NCBI RefSeq assembly: GCF_009834535.1
Contig: NC_045696.1
Location: 9,178,001 to 9,242,000, forward strand
Reading direction: 5' to 3'
Source of the DNA: Camelus ferus
Lineage: Eukaryota
DNA: 64,000 nucleotides
Below are positions 25,129 through 38,926 of this stretch, piece after piece. The notes beneath the pieces were generated by a model. It made no database searches, had not been told where the DNA came from, and saw only the letters and a list, made by a program, of their open reading frames with translations. The position numbers and the translations under genes are program-made. The stretch's first letter is position 1, and every line of letters begins with the position of its first letter.

Positions 25129-28100
25129 ACACATAATTCAAAGATTGATTTCTCTGTGCAGCTGGTCAGTTTCTGACTTTCACTGCTCCATCTCTATGTG
25201 GCCAAGGGCAAGTTCTTTAACCTCTTTAAGCTTTGGGGATAATTGTTCCAAACTTAATAGGATTATGGAGAGGATTAAATGAGATAATGCATGGAGAGCC
25301 CTTGCCATAGTGCCTGCGGCTCAGAGCAGCTCAGGCTCTGAATGAATGCTGGAGACCATCCTTATTTGTCCACTGAAATTTGCTCAGTCATCATAACCCT
25401 ATTAGCAGACATAAAGCTCTCAGTTTTAATGAATCAGTACCACAGCTCTCCCTGTTCTCAGAGACAAGGAACACTTGATGGATCCCCAGACGTCAAGTGA
25501 CCTAGTCTTTTGTCTTCAGGTAGATGACCCCTACCCTCCCCGCCAAAACCTAAACCTGGTAAAACCCAGCACAGTCAAAATCAATGCCATCATGAGCTGC
25601 TGTTACGCTAGCCAGGCTGTTCCTGATATGATCAACTATTTCCTTCACCTGCAAAGTCAGTATATACACTTATATATTAGTTTTCTCTTTAAAAATAGAA
25701 AAGAATTATAGTTACTTTTAAAGATCCAAAAATTTTGTCCCAGAGGGGAGTTCTGCGTTTTTCAGGAATGCTGATTTGTAACGCAAGTCAGAAGTGCCTC
25801 TTCCCTTCTGTTCAAAGCGAAACAAACAGACCAGCAGAGAAAAGAGTCTCCTTTCACAGGCTGCTACTGAGGGATTATTCGAGATAAACTTCCTTTGGAT
25901 TTCAACATGTCCAGGTCTTAAAGATCAATACAGAGAAGATATTGTTCTATAGACGTTTTTATCCTTAGATCCAGGGAGCAGGGAGCTACTTGATAAGTTT
26001 CAAGTGACCCTAAAGTTTCTAGATATTTAACCGCACTTTTCTTGTTTAGCTCCAGACATTTCAAGCTTAGGAAAAACCAAGAAAATAGTTCATTTTTACT
26101 GTATCCATTCTCTATAATAAGGGGAAAGAGTGTGCCTTTATTGCCTTGGTTTGTATCTGAATTTGTATCTAATTTTACTCATAAGAATTCCAACTCACTT
26201 TTAAATATAAGGATGACAAGTTAGAGTAACATTCATTGAAGAAGTTTGGGGTTTGGGTTTTGGTTTGTTTGTTTTGCTGCTTTTCCTTAAGGCAGTATCA
26301 CATTTTCACTAAAGGAATGTCTTGGGGGGAGGGGAGGAGAGTCTGATGAATCAAACCTTCGTTTATCATAATCAGAAAAATAAATCATTTACAAAAGTGA
26401 AAATAAAACTTCCATGTAACTTTATTTCCTTCTCATCCCTAGTCAGCAAGGGGTTAACCTGATGTCTTAATCCATTTCCACTCTAATTGGGAAGGATGGG
26501 GGAAAGTCATTTCAGTAAAGAAATGAGAATTGCTAGCCTATATATGCCTGCGGCAAAAAGAGGAGAAATGAATTCTCTCGTGAGCTTGGTTAGTGAGGGG
26601 GAAAAAAATCTCCATCTTGCTCCTCCCTTGATGCCGTTGTTCGATTTGCCAGGGTTAACTAATGATCCCCAGAACTGTGTGTAAATCAAGAGAAGGGGTC
26701 TGTGTGCCCGGGTCTCCTAGACGGAGCTCACTAGGCAGTTTCTGGACACTGTCCTTCATTCGACTAAACCTGGAGCCAGTCTGACAACTCAGTGTGATGC
26801 TTACAAAAAGTGGAGCCCCCCGACCCCAGTATACTTGATAAAGTTTTCTTCTTCATCCTTAGATGTTCATTTTATTATTTGGTGTCTTCAGCAAAAAGAG
26901 TTCTTGGCTAAATACATCGTTCCTATGTCAGAAGTGGTGAGGAATTAGACTTGATCTGGGATATTTTTCTCCAAAAGAGTGAGATGCTCCCTAAATGGAG
27001 ACCTTGACAATGACAGAACTTCTTACAATGGAATGTGTTTTTAAGATTCTTAAAATCCACATTTATATAAGTACTTGCTGCATGCCCTTTTTCAAAACTT
27101 CCCCAAGAGTGCTGTATTTCCCAATGATGCTTTTGAAATTCTCCTCAGGATGGATATCCTTATGGGCATTGGAATTGTTAAGCAGGCTAGAGAAACAAGG
27201 ACTACGGGAGTCCTTTGTCATCACTAAATTTCAGTGAACGTAAGATCAGTGGTTCGATTAGAAATGAACTAGAGTTCATGCCGCAGTTTATTTGTTGTCC
27301 TGTTTGGACAGTCATCTGTCCTTTGCTCTTGCTATTTTAAAAAACTACCAACTTTGCAAAACCATGTGACAAAAAGTCTTCAAGTTTTGTCTGTGTGCTT
27401 AATCATTTTTAATACATTTTGGACCATCTCTGTATGTTGCTTTCATGGTACATGAAAGTATACATTGGCAATTAGTGAACAGATAATATCTATTTTTCAG
27501 ATGTTTTTGTTTAATTTTGTTAAAAATTATTTCACTCTTCCCCTCTACCTTTGAAGAAGAGGTGAACTCAATAGAATTAGCACCATTATTCATTAAAAAG
27601 AGGTAGCAAAATTTGTTTAATTTTTTAAATAGATTTAAATTGTAGCATTTTTCTAAGCAAGTCCAAGACCATCCTGTCAAAAATTTTAAATCTGACTCAA
27701 TCATTACTTGTTTGAGCCAATGATGTTTCATAAGAAGTCTCCACAAAAAAATAATATCCCACCTCAGCATATGGTGTTTTATCCATAAAAATGGGATTAT
27801 TACCAGCACATCAATTACATCATCTTATTAATGTAATCTGAAAATTTGTAAACATTGCAATGCAGATCTTAGGATTTTTATGAAACTTAGAAAATGTAGC
27901 TACATAGAATGACTACCTCCATTGTTGCTGACTTTTTTAGCTCTTTTTTATTTCATACTACAAGAGAAAATTTTAAAACTTTTGTGGAATATAATTCCAT
28001 GACCTCACAGAAAGCAGGGCAGTGATAATCTTAGCCCATTATTCCATAGAACATTCTGTTTTCCGAATCTGAGGATAGCAGGATTAATACAAAAGGATTT

Positions 28101-28729
28101 GTCGCCTTGTCTGAGTGCCTGGAAAAACTCTCTAAGACTAACACTTGGCGATTTATTATTTAATTGATCGATATAGATGTTTTGGCAACTCCTTCACAGA
28201 TGACTACACTTCTTACTCTTGACTCTTTAGTAGACTTCACATGTCCAGGACAGATGGGCGAGTCAGTACCCAAGATTTATCTCAAGCCTCTACATTCTCT
28301 TTCTGGAAGGTTCTGCTATACTTGGGGAAATTTCTCTATAGTCTATATGGGATCACAGACAGACAATTTCTTATTTCAGTAGAAAAGCACCAATTTGATG
28401 TACTAACAGCTGTAATAATGACGATGAAGAGCCTTGTAGCTGGTTATTCTAAAGGAATTAAACCTTACTGTGCATCCATATTATTTTTTAAATTATTATT
28501 TTATAATACATTACATAATGCAGCCTCACTAATTGGGTTGACATGGAGAAAACAGAATTAGTGAGAAGGCTGAGTTTTAATATTTTTAAGCAATTCTAGT
28601 TAGTAATAACTTACAGGTAACATTAATGAGTAATACGTGTTTCTCTCTAATCTCAATTTTACATAAATTATAGAACAGAAGAGCAATGCAGTTCTGTTAT
28701 TTTCTAGAAGGTGCAAAATCTCTAAGTTA

Positions 28730-28731
<2 letters not shown>

Positions 28732-28773
<42 letters not shown>
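28732..28773. repeat. (TG)21 microsatellite
   Basis: Direct reading. Confidence 0.97.
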
Positions 28774-28775
<2 letters not shown>

Positions 28776-29948
28776 CACATCACAGCTCCTTGGGCCTGCT
28801 TGAGGGGATAGAATTAACTATGTGCAGTTGAGGAATCCTATGTAAATTGGTAACGTCCTTAAAATGTGTTGTCTTGAGTTGATCCTCTGTTCCCTTTTTT
28901 CTTTCATTTCTCCTCCTCACTCAAAATCTAACTTCCCTTGAGCCATATGCTGACCTGGGCCAGCACCAGACCAGGACAGCTTCTCCCACTTCCAAGTGGC
29001 AGGTATATATAAACGTTCATGCAGCTGGAAAGCCTGCTTGTTCAAGGCTCCCATTTTGTAGGTGAAGAAACTGAGACTGGCACAAAGTAAGAGACTGGCC
29101 CTAGGCCACCTGGCAAGTAGCAAACTGAGGCATCCTTCCTAGGGCTCCTCTACCATTATGAGATCAGCTGAGTCTTGCTGCATTCAGACATATGGGTTTG
29201 TGTTGACTGTATGTGTGAATCCAGTCATCCATTCATTCGTGTCCCCAGCAACTTGAAAACTTAACCTTTGCTATTGGGATCAAGTGAATGATCACTCAGC
29301 CATCATTCTATTCCATCGCTTGGGGAGAATATATATCCACCATTCCATCGTTTGGAGAGAGAGATTCCTTTTTTTTCATTCATGTCTTTACTCCAAGCAT
29401 CCAAGAGTGAGTTGCCTACCTAGAAATCAGATATTTCAACCAGTTTCAGGGAGTTTCCATTGCCTGTCCTGTTACCCAGCGTGGTCCACATTTAACATTT
29501 AACTTGGGACCACTCACCATCCCACCAGCTCACAAAGGATCACCCATTCATTTTGTCAAACTGACCTACAGTTAATCCCAACCCTCCTCCCCTGTCTAGC
29601 AGTTCAAGAACCAGTGAAACTGACTCACCGAGTTATCTTTGAACATGAATGTTGTACAAGGAAAAGAGTTATACTTTCTTATTTCATAATTGCCTCAGTG
29701 AGAGAATAAAGATAAATTATAAACACAAAGAATAAAATCAAGTGCTCGCTTTGGGTAGGAGGGTTCACTGTGGAAGGACACGTGGGAAATGAGGAATGAG
29801 AGCCCTGGGTATTCATTCAGACATTCATTCATTTATTTTTTCCTCAACTTAGAAAACGAGTTTTGTTTCAAATTCACAGTGGTGGAAATGGTTTTAAATA
29901 TGCTAATTAAAATGCCTACAGTAAAGCAGACTTTAAAAGTAATGTTTT

Positions 29949-30190
29949 CCTTTTTAAAATTTAAATATAGTTGATTTACAATGTGTTAGTTTCAGGTGTA
30001 CAGCAAAGTGATTGAATTATATATATACACATATATATATATTCTTTTTCAGATTCTTTTCCATTGTAGGTTATTACAAGATATTGAGCACAGCTCCCTG
30101 TGCTATACAGCAGGTCCTTGTTATTTATCTATTTTACTTACAGTAGTGTGTATATGCCAGTCCCAAATTCTTAACTTATTCCTCCCAGTA
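29949..30190 (-). mobile_element. 5'-truncated L1 3' end with 15-bp target-site duplication
   Basis: L1 3'UTR in reverse, flanked by TAAAAGTAATGTTTT at 29934-29948 and 30191-30205. Confidence 0.9.
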
Positions 30191-31432
30191 TAAAAGTAAT
30201 GTTTTTAATAGACTCCACTTCTATCATCTGTCAGAACACTTTACTGTTGTGACTTTCCCCAATTAGGTGACTCAAAGCCATGGGGAAGTGTGTAAACGCA
30301 CCTCCCTGTTCCTCAAGTGCAGTAGACACTGAGACGCCCCATGACACTTGGGTACTGTCCCATGGCGCTTGGACAGGGTATCACTCAGAGAGGAGACTAG
30401 TTTCATGCGCAGCAAGTGGCTTCTCAGCCTCTTACTTAAAACATGCCGTCTGTTTATGGCTAACGGAGCCACAGAGATTGTGGGGAAGATCCAGGCCCCT
30501 TCGAGGGTCCACACATCCGCCCCTTGACCTGTATATCCACCCCACAAGACGAAGGAGCAGAAACCAGGGATGCTTGCCCTAAAGAGATGCTTGGACCTTT
30601 GAAGGTTCCCAGCAGCCCCTGAGGAGCCAATGTGGTGAGGTAGGGCCTATGGTTTCTGTTACAGAACAGGCCGCCTATTTCTTCTTTGTTGTTTTTTCTG
30701 AGGACTGGAGTGGAAGAAAGAGAGGTGGGCCCGCTCCATGACTTAGGCCAGGAGCTGCTCACCGTTGATTTGAACTAATTATTTTAACTGGAAGATTGCT
30801 AGCAAATTGACATGTTGAGTGGTCTTTTGGAAAAACCTATCTGCTATATTTCAAAATAAACCTGTTTATAGGAGTTGCTATTTGGGAATGGGTATCACTC
30901 AACCAATCCGCAATTCTGTTGGAAAATCATGACTGGGTAAAAATAAAACTTACTGTTCTAATCTGTGTCGTCTGTATGAATTTCATAGAAAACAAGTTTG
31001 TTGGAAAAGAAGGGGTCAGAAGATGCTTTGATAGTATTCTTTCAGAGCTCAAAGGAATCAAAGCATCTTGTACAGGCTGCAACACGGGCAACTGGTAAAG
31101 GTTAAGTGGAAATGAACTATGCACGAGGTGGACTTGTGGCTCATCCGTGGTGGTGCCAATGCATCTGTGGCAATGACAGTGGTCAGTAGGCCTTTGCAAT
31201 TTAGTTGTTTTCGCCGGGCATGTGTGTCCTTATGACTCCAAGTCAATCAGTGATGCTGTAATAAAACTCTGAACTTTGCTTCAGCTTGCAGGGAAAATAT
31301 GAGTCAAGAAAGATGCATTACTTAATGGCCTTCACTAATAGCAGGTTAAAAACAGGGCTCACTTGAGCACAAGCAGAATAGTAGCAAAGCTGCTCTTCAG
31401 CGTGAACTGTGTTTTGAGTGGTTGCCCTTGAA

Positions 31433-31758
31433 CTGCACTGTCTAACACAGCAGCCACCAGCCACAGGTGACACGGGAGGACTTGAAACGTGGCTAGACTG
31501 AACTGAGATGCACTATGAACATAAAATGCACAGAGGAATTTGAAAACTTACTAAAAAAAAGGAAAAAGAATGTCAAATAGCTCATTAACAGTGTTTATAT
31601 TGATTATGTGTTGAAATGAAAATGTTTTGGATATACTGAGTTAAATAAACTATAGTATTAAAATAAATTTCACCCATTTCTCTGCCATTTTAATGTGGCT
31701 TCTAGAAAAACTTATATTACATATATGGTGCATATTACATTTCTAGTGGACAGCGCTG
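31433..31758 (-). mobile_element. hAT-Charlie element, MER33-like
   Basis: CACTGTCTAACACAGCAGCCACCAGCCACA...AATGTGGCTTCTAGAAAA...TTTCTAGTGGACAGCGCTG. Confidence 0.8.
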
Positions 31759-31839
31759 CTCTAGAATTAGAAAGAATGTCCACATGGTTTAAAGGCAACT
31801 TGTCAAGAGCTGGCAAAGAAATCTGAACCATCTTGCAAG

Positions 31840-32030
31840 GTGTTTTAGCTTGCTGGTTATGACTGGGCACTCCAGGTGCAAACTGCTTGGGTTCAGATTG
31901 GGCCAATTACTGAATCTCAGTTTCTTCATCTGTAAAGTGAGGGGAATAATTATGGACTGTTTGCTGCTGGAGGGTTAAATGGAATAATGCATGTAAAGCC
32001 CATAGTGTGAGGGCTGACAGACGATGCGCT
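31840..32030 (+). mobile_element. MIR SINE
   Basis: TCTCAGTTTCTTCATCTGTAAAGTGAGGGGAATAAT...TTAAATGGAATAATGCATGTAAAGC. Confidence 0.75.
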
Positions 32031-32058
32031 GATAGAAAGGATCTTCTGTTACCGTGGG

Positions 32059-32434
32059 TGTCTTACAACTCAGGCTGCTAACAAAATACCATAGGCTAGT
32101 AGCTTACATAACAGACATTTCTCACAGTTCTGGCAGCTGGAAGTCCATGATCAGGATGCCAGCATGGTTAGGGTCTGGTGAGAGTCCTCTTCCTGGCTTG
32201 TAGTTGGCTGCCTTCTTGCTGTGTGCTCACATGACAAGGCAAGAGAGGAAAAAAAAAAGGCTCCAGTCTTTTCTTACAAGGGCGCTAATTCCATCATAAG
32301 AACCCCACCCACATGACCTCAGCTCAACCCAATGACCTCCTAAAGGCCCCACCTCCTAAAACCAGCACATTAGGGCTTAGGGCTTCAGCACATGAGTATT
32401 TGGGGGGGGGGGGACAAATAATCAGTCCATCACA
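32059..32434 (-). mobile_element. MaLR solo LTR (MLT1A-like)
   Basis: CAGGCTGCTAACAAAATACCATAGGCT...TTTCTCACAGTTCTGGCAGCTGGAAGTCCATGATCAGGATGCCAGCATGG. Confidence 0.85.
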
Positions 32435-32569
32435 ATAGTTTTAAAAGTCCAATCAGAGATAGCTTGCATGTCAATTTGCATTTCGCAATGTTACTTATAA
32501 AACCCTTTTAGACTCTGCAGTCTCATGTGGGCTGGGCACAATTTTCACTGGATACTAAGCAGCTGGCCT

Positions 32570-32730
32570 TCCGAGTTCAGAGTGGGGTCCTTGAACCAGC
32601 AGCAGCAGCATCGTGGGGAGCTTGTGGGAAACGCTGGACCCCCAGCCCCACCCCAAACCTACTGAATCAGAATCTGCACTTAGCCAGGTCGCCAGGGACT
32701 TCAGACACATTGTTGATGCCGTGCTGTCTA
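32570..32730. mobile_element. MER5A-like element
   Basis: ACCAGCAGCAGCAGCATC...CCCCACCCCAAACCTACTGAATCAGAATCTGCA. Confidence 0.7.
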
Positions 32731-35700
32731 GGAGTTGCAGAGGGGGAGCCTCACTAGCCAGGTGTTCAAAATCTAGTGTTTTTGTGTTTGTGTGGAGGTA
32801 AGGGTGAATCAGAAGAGAATGAAACAATTAAACAATTGCCTTAATGGGGGGTCATTAAAAGACACCCTTTCTCCCCGGTGATCCAGAACCAACTGTGAAG
32901 GAGACAGAGAAACTGAGCAGACAGAGATCAAAAAATCGGCTTCATTGCTGATAGGACTTTTGAGAACAGTGACTTAGGTGTGTGGCTTCCTGCCACTGAA
33001 CCCCAGAAATAAAGAGATGTACTTATTAGCACATAGACAATGTCTCCCCAAACAGTAAGAGGAGAGGAAGTCCTGCTTGGTGTGCTAGCTTTCTGTTGCT
33101 GCCAAACTAGCAAATTACCACAAACCCAGAAGCTTACACAACACTCGTTCCTCCTGGTTTTTTTCCACCAGCACCTATAATTCTGTCCTGTACACCCCAA
33201 GCTCATTCCTGACACCGTCTACCTCCAAACCCACCCTCTCCTGGTCTTTCTGCTACTAACGGCACCTGGGCCGGGCATGGGGCTAACTCCTCCCCCTCCC
33301 TCCCCTCAGTCCCCCTTTTCAGGCTCCATTATTTCCACCTTAAGGCTCATGAGTCCGTGCCTGGCCGGGCAGCAGCCCTTCAGCTCTGCCTCTTTACATT
33401 CCACTCACTTCTCCAGCTCGGACAGATGGAGTGTCCTAAAATATGTATTCATTGTGTTATTTCTCAGATTTCAAGGCTCTGAAATCCTCATGTTGAAGTT
33501 CCGATTTCTTCAGGTTTTGTCAGATGCCTCTGACCCGTCTGTGTTCATGTCCACTGGCCTTGTGTCATTTGCGAGCCGCCACCCTCACCCCGGCAACCTG
33601 ACCCCCAATCTACACTGGGATTGTGCTGGAACCGATATGCGGGTCATCCCTTCATCCATGCCTTTCTCATGCTGACCCTTTTGCCTGGAGAGGACCCCCC
33701 CCCGACCCCCATCCCCTAACCCCAAGCCCTGCCTCCTGCCCTCCCAACCACCTGGTGACAATCTACACCACTTCTAAGGGTCAAATCAAATGTCATCTCT
33801 ACTAGGAAAGAAGTCTTTCCAGAGCCCACCAGGTAGTGTAGACCCCTGGGCCTTGTCCCACCCCCTCCCTGGACCCTGCACATGTGTCCCTCAGTGGCCT
33901 TGACACTCCCTTGTTCTTATTGACCAAACGGGCTGGCCCTGCTCCTCAAACTTCGGAGATGGCCAGAAATAACCTCAGGATATGAATCCTAAATATTCGA
34001 GATTTGCAGGCTGAAGAATTTCAGGGCTATTTTCTGACAGAGACCTTGAGACAGGGGAGGATAAAAGTGAAAGATGAGATCAGAGTTTAATTTTTCAGAA
34101 GGCGACAAAGGACACCCATGAAAATACATAGTTGTGGTCAAAAAGAAACAGAGCTCATTATGTGTGTAGAACCTGTGTGTGTGCGTGTGTGTGTGTATGC
34201 ATAGAGATCAAGAATGAACAACCCTGGGTAGGGTTCTTAAATTCTCCAAGTGTGAGGTTCCTGATTTGAAAAAAAAAAGGAAAAAAAAGGAGGATTTTTT
34301 GGGCAAAGTATCTAAAAGCATTTTGGCCTCTCCTCTCCTACAGTTCAGGGACAAGTACCTTTAACACCTCCTTGGGCAAATCATTTCAAATCTCTACAGG
34401 TGTAACTTCACCTCCAGAGACCCACCCCCTCCTCCCCCTAATGGTATGTGCTATGTCCTCGAAGCTACTGACACAGGACAAACTAAGAACGCTTTCAACA
34501 GACCACGCTCACACCTTTCCAAATCCACTCACTTCTGCCTTTATTTTTAGGTTAAAAAAAAAAATCTTGGCTTTTTTCTCAGAGTCACTGAAATATTAGG
34601 TGTGTAGACAAAACACGTGCCCTTCCACTCCGCTTCTCCTATTTCTCGGTCTCAGACATGGAAAGGCTTTTTGGGGTCTCGAGAGAGGATTTCCAGGGTG
34701 GTTGTTTCTGTTGGGTCTCTTTAGTATAAACTCAGCTGTCTGGTCAATCTTACTGTTATGGATTCCCTCACCCCTCATACCTATTAAAACTAAACTTACT
34801 AACTTCAGGGTACATTTATTTATTTATTTATTTTTTGCCTTATCATTCATAAAGAGTGCAAATGAGTCTTTCCCTGCTGTTTTGGTTTGTTGGTTTTTTT
34901 TTTAATCTTTGTGGAGTCACTTTACGAACTTATAAACCACAATCTTGTTTTTTTGTTTGTTTTTAGGACGCTCCTTTGAGACTATACATATTTAATTTCC
35001 TTCATTTTTCATCACAGGCCATCCTTCAGAACTCATTATTATGTTAGTTGCCCTTTTTGCTTTGGCAAAAATATAAGACCAGGGAGCTGAAAATCTTGTT
35101 CTCCTGCCTATTTAAACAGCGTCTGGAAATCTGAAATAATCACCGCCTTTCTTAGTTTTAAGGGTTTCATTTAAGCTATATTATACTAATATTGTGCAGT
35201 GGAGTTGGAGGCTGTAGGTTTGCAGGATCTGAAATGCTCAAGTCCTAAGGCTTTGAAAAGTGCTAATTCCTTCCTGTTAATCATTCAGTGCTGACCATTA
35301 TCGGTATACAAGGCTGATGGAGTAATTTCAGATTCAGAGCATTATGGGTACATATTCAAGGGAAAGAGAAACAGCTTCATACGACTTTGCTTAGTGGATT
35401 TACCTGTAACTTCACCTACAACTGCACGTGCAGCAGTATATAGTAAGGGATTCATATTGGAAATTATCATATGACAATTATTTTCAATGACTGATATCAT
35501 TTGTTATTTTGAGAATGAAAGCTTTCAATATAAATAATCTGCCCTCCTCGCAAAGGGAAAGAAAGGAAATCAAGCAAGGAGGGAATATTTCAAAAATGTC
35601 CTATCTTTGGAAGTAAATGATCATAATGTTTATCTACTAGTTTGTTTCTTTTAGAAACTGTATTCCAAATTATTTTTATCACTTTAAAAACTATTCATAT

Positions 35701-36200
35701 TCTTACTTTTTGTGCTTAGCTTCTACTGTATTACCGATGTTTTCATGTTTTTGTATTAAATTAGGGTTTGGTTTGAGTTTCACCTTGAATCCATCCCTAC
35801 ACTCTCCAAATGTATTTTTAATGTTCACTAAATAAATCACATTTGCATCACCTCTAGAGCTTAAAAGAGGTGATTCAATGAAAGATAAGATTCAGTATTA
35901 ACTAGCAATGGAGAACATTGGTTGAGGGTACATAATACCATATGCATATGTAACAGTTCATTTTTTATATGATGATTTACTGTTTTAAGCTATTTTTGTG
36001 CCAGAGCTGGACAACATACTATAAAAATCTGCAGTGCTAAAAACTGTGAGAGGCAACAAGCTACCAAAAAGGGGGAGGGGGGGATTTAATTTTATACTTG
36101 CATTTCTTGCAATTATAATTAATCAACTACAGTAAATTCGGTGTTTGCTGTCAGTATATTCATACAATTATTTTTATTTTCCTATTTTCTACTCTTTCAG

Positions 36201-36239
36201 AATGTATGCATGGAATGAATCCATCTAGAGACATTCACA
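36201..36239 (+). CDS. RUNX1: RUNX1 39-nt micro-exon of the P1 (RUNX1c) isoform
   Basis: Polypyrimidine tract TTTTCTACTCTTTCAG|, 39 nt, donor ACA|GTATGT. Phase 1-1 translation (E)CMHGMNPSRDIH(N) joins in frame to 42024 and resembles the recalled human RUNX1c ECILGMNPSRDVHD. Lies ~5.8 kb upstream of the acceptor. Confidence 0.9.
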
Positions 36240-38910
36240 GTATGTTAGATTCCAAATTACATTTTTAATAACATATGCACATTCACATATGCATATATAT
36301 GACATTTTATCTATGTATCACTATAAATAACGATATAAATTAACCAATAATCAAGGCTTTTTTTTTTTTTTGCTGATTCAAAAATACTTAAAAGCTGTTT
36401 TCCCTATTGTAAATGTCAAACATATAAAACATTCCAATGAAACCTTAAATGATACCCTTGGTTCTACAGCGTTTACCACAGGTGCATTCTGCTGTTATTA
36501 AATGACTCTATATGACTCTGAAAAAAACAGAGCTTGGCTTCTATGTATTACAACCTAGTTTATTACTTTTGCTATAGCAGTGCTAATGCAAAATTTTTAT
36601 GAGACTTCTAAAATGTTTGCTAAGCATCCCTAATTTTAAAAAGATGAATTTAAAATTTTTCTCAGTTTGCTACTTGTGAACTGCACAACTTACTTAAGAA
36701 ATTACAGTGACATAGTCACACATCAGCCAAAGCATCTCATGAAATCATTCACATGAAGGAAGGAGGCAGTGGACGAACTAAGGAATCTCATCCCCAGAGT
36801 AATTAGGTTACCAAAGTGAAATAATCTCAAAGCCGCTGAGGGTGGGGGGGATGTTTAATTAAATTCCAGTGTTGAAAACTGGCCGGTGTGTATTGCTGGT
36901 TATTTGTTATTTGAACATACATTAACATGTTATTCTTCATCAAAATTGTTCTCTTTCCCTGTGACATTAGTACCAACCACAGCAGTTTGATCCAGAACCA
37001 CTAGCAAAATGCATTCTCTAATTGTTATTTTCATTAAAATGTTCACTGAAAATAGAAATAATTATTTTAGAAATATGACATTTTTAGAAATATATTACGG
37101 AGGGGGATTTTAAGAAAATGCTTGAGATTCTTATTTTATTTTTGACGTAGTTTCAAAACAGTAAAAATGTAAAATACTTAGATATTTTCTGAGACCCTCT
37201 CCATAGTTCTGTATTTATCGAAAGTTGTAGAAAAAATGTCAATAAGCTGTTATTGTTTTCCAGTGAAATTGTTCTGTTTTTCTTCAAAATGCTACTTTTT
37301 AAATTCACTGTGAAAACATTACATTTCATTCCTATTCTGAGTCTTTTTGAAATATCCCCCATGCAGCAAATTTGGATGAATCGAATCTGTCAGACAGCGT
37401 TCGCCCAACATATTGCTTCATTGCATTTTTTGTATTTTATTATGACAAAAGTAAATTTTAGTATAATTCCAAGGGAACACTAGGAGTACATGTAGGAATG
37501 TTTCCTTTCCTTTCAGAGGCAGAGGAAGGGAAATTCTATATTGCCGCTTAAATGAGCGCTCTGGGTGGAAATGAATTCATCTCTTACGTGACGTTACTGA
37601 ACTCTATAAGCTCCGTAGAAAGCCCTCCAGACTAAGGGGTTCCTAGTACCCCTTAGTTGAGCCCCATGCTCCCTGCTTTCCGTTCATTTTAGTTCCGCGA
37701 TAAGGAGAGGAAGTGTTTTTGTTTGTTTCTGGTATTCAAATGTGCACCGCACAACACGTTATAGCCGGCGCAGGGAAGGTCCCGGGATCCCCAAATGCCG
37801 GGCGGCCGGGTTCAGAATAAATCAGCAAAAGCTTTCCTTGCTATGATCGTCCCTGTCGGAGTTGGAACTCAGGATTTACTGCTTGAGACTCTTAGCTGAG
37901 CAGCGCCCACGGTGCTGCCCTTGAAAGGCTCAACTTGCTGCATCTATCTCTGTACCTCTTCTCTTACTAAGGAAACTTGATCTCGGCCGGGAGACGGCTG
38001 CGCGGGGCTGCTCCCCGCAGCCCCTTGCAGGGTTTAGGGTTTCAGGCAAAGGGCTGGCCGAAGCCCCAGAGGAGCCTTCTCTGACCTTCCTGAACGGCCG
38101 ATTACGTTTTACTCGGACCGCTGTACCCCTTGTCAGAACCCATTTTTGCCTCCGCCACACTCCCGAGTCCCGCCCCCCGTCCTTGGGGGGGGGGTCCTCT
38201 GGGGATGCGCTTGGAGGCGGCCCCCAGGAGCGTTTGGTCCGCTCTTAGGGAAATGCACTTGAACCGAAGCAGGAAGGTTTCACTCGGCCCGAACTCGCCT
38301 CTAGAGCGGGCAGCGTCGCGTCCGGTGCGGAGAGACGGTGACCTCGGTCAGGAGGGCGGCAGACGAGGAGGTTTGGTGACTGCGCAGTATTTGGAGTTGC
38401 TCGGCCAAAGTGGACAGAGGACGTTTGGAGTCTTTACACCTGAACTAGGGCTTCTTCAAAATCACTTTAAAGAAAAAAGCAAAAGTTTTCTGAGACCCCT
38501 AGACCCATTTTTTTAATGCAGCTGGATGCTGGGAGTTTCCGAGTGTCCCGGGTTTTCCGGAGAGAGAGGAGGGGACCGGCCCATCTGGGGAAAAGCGGGG
38601 CAGGCTGGAGGGAGCCTTGGCCACAGGCCCGGCGATGGCGCCCGGGACGCCTGCAGCACCGACTGCCTGCGGAGGGCGACGACGGTGTCCGGGTAAAGCG
38701 AGTTCGGGAAGAGACCCAGACGCGCGCCTGTCGGGACAGCCTGAATAGTAGGGTGGGACGCGGCCGCGCAGGCTGGTTCGGGTGGCAATTTCCTGTCGTT
38801 TCTTCTACTGAAGTTCTTACAAAAGAGACCCGAGGGCCGCGAGAAGGCCGGTAGAGCCCCGCGCCGTCGGGGGCGTTCCCGGACGCCCCAGGAGGAGAGC
38901 GAGGGCGGCT

Positions 38911-38926
38911 GCTGCCCCCTGGCGTC
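38911..38926 (-). promoter_or_regulatory. Candidate CTCF site
   Basis: Minus strand reads GACGCCAGGGGGCAGC, close to the CTCF core CCRCCAGGGGGCRC. Motif evidence only. Confidence 0.5.

Noticed and set aside
1..36000. RUNX1 P1 first exons (MASDS...) and the +23/+24 enhancer
   Set aside because: Not recognised; both are expected far upstream near P1.
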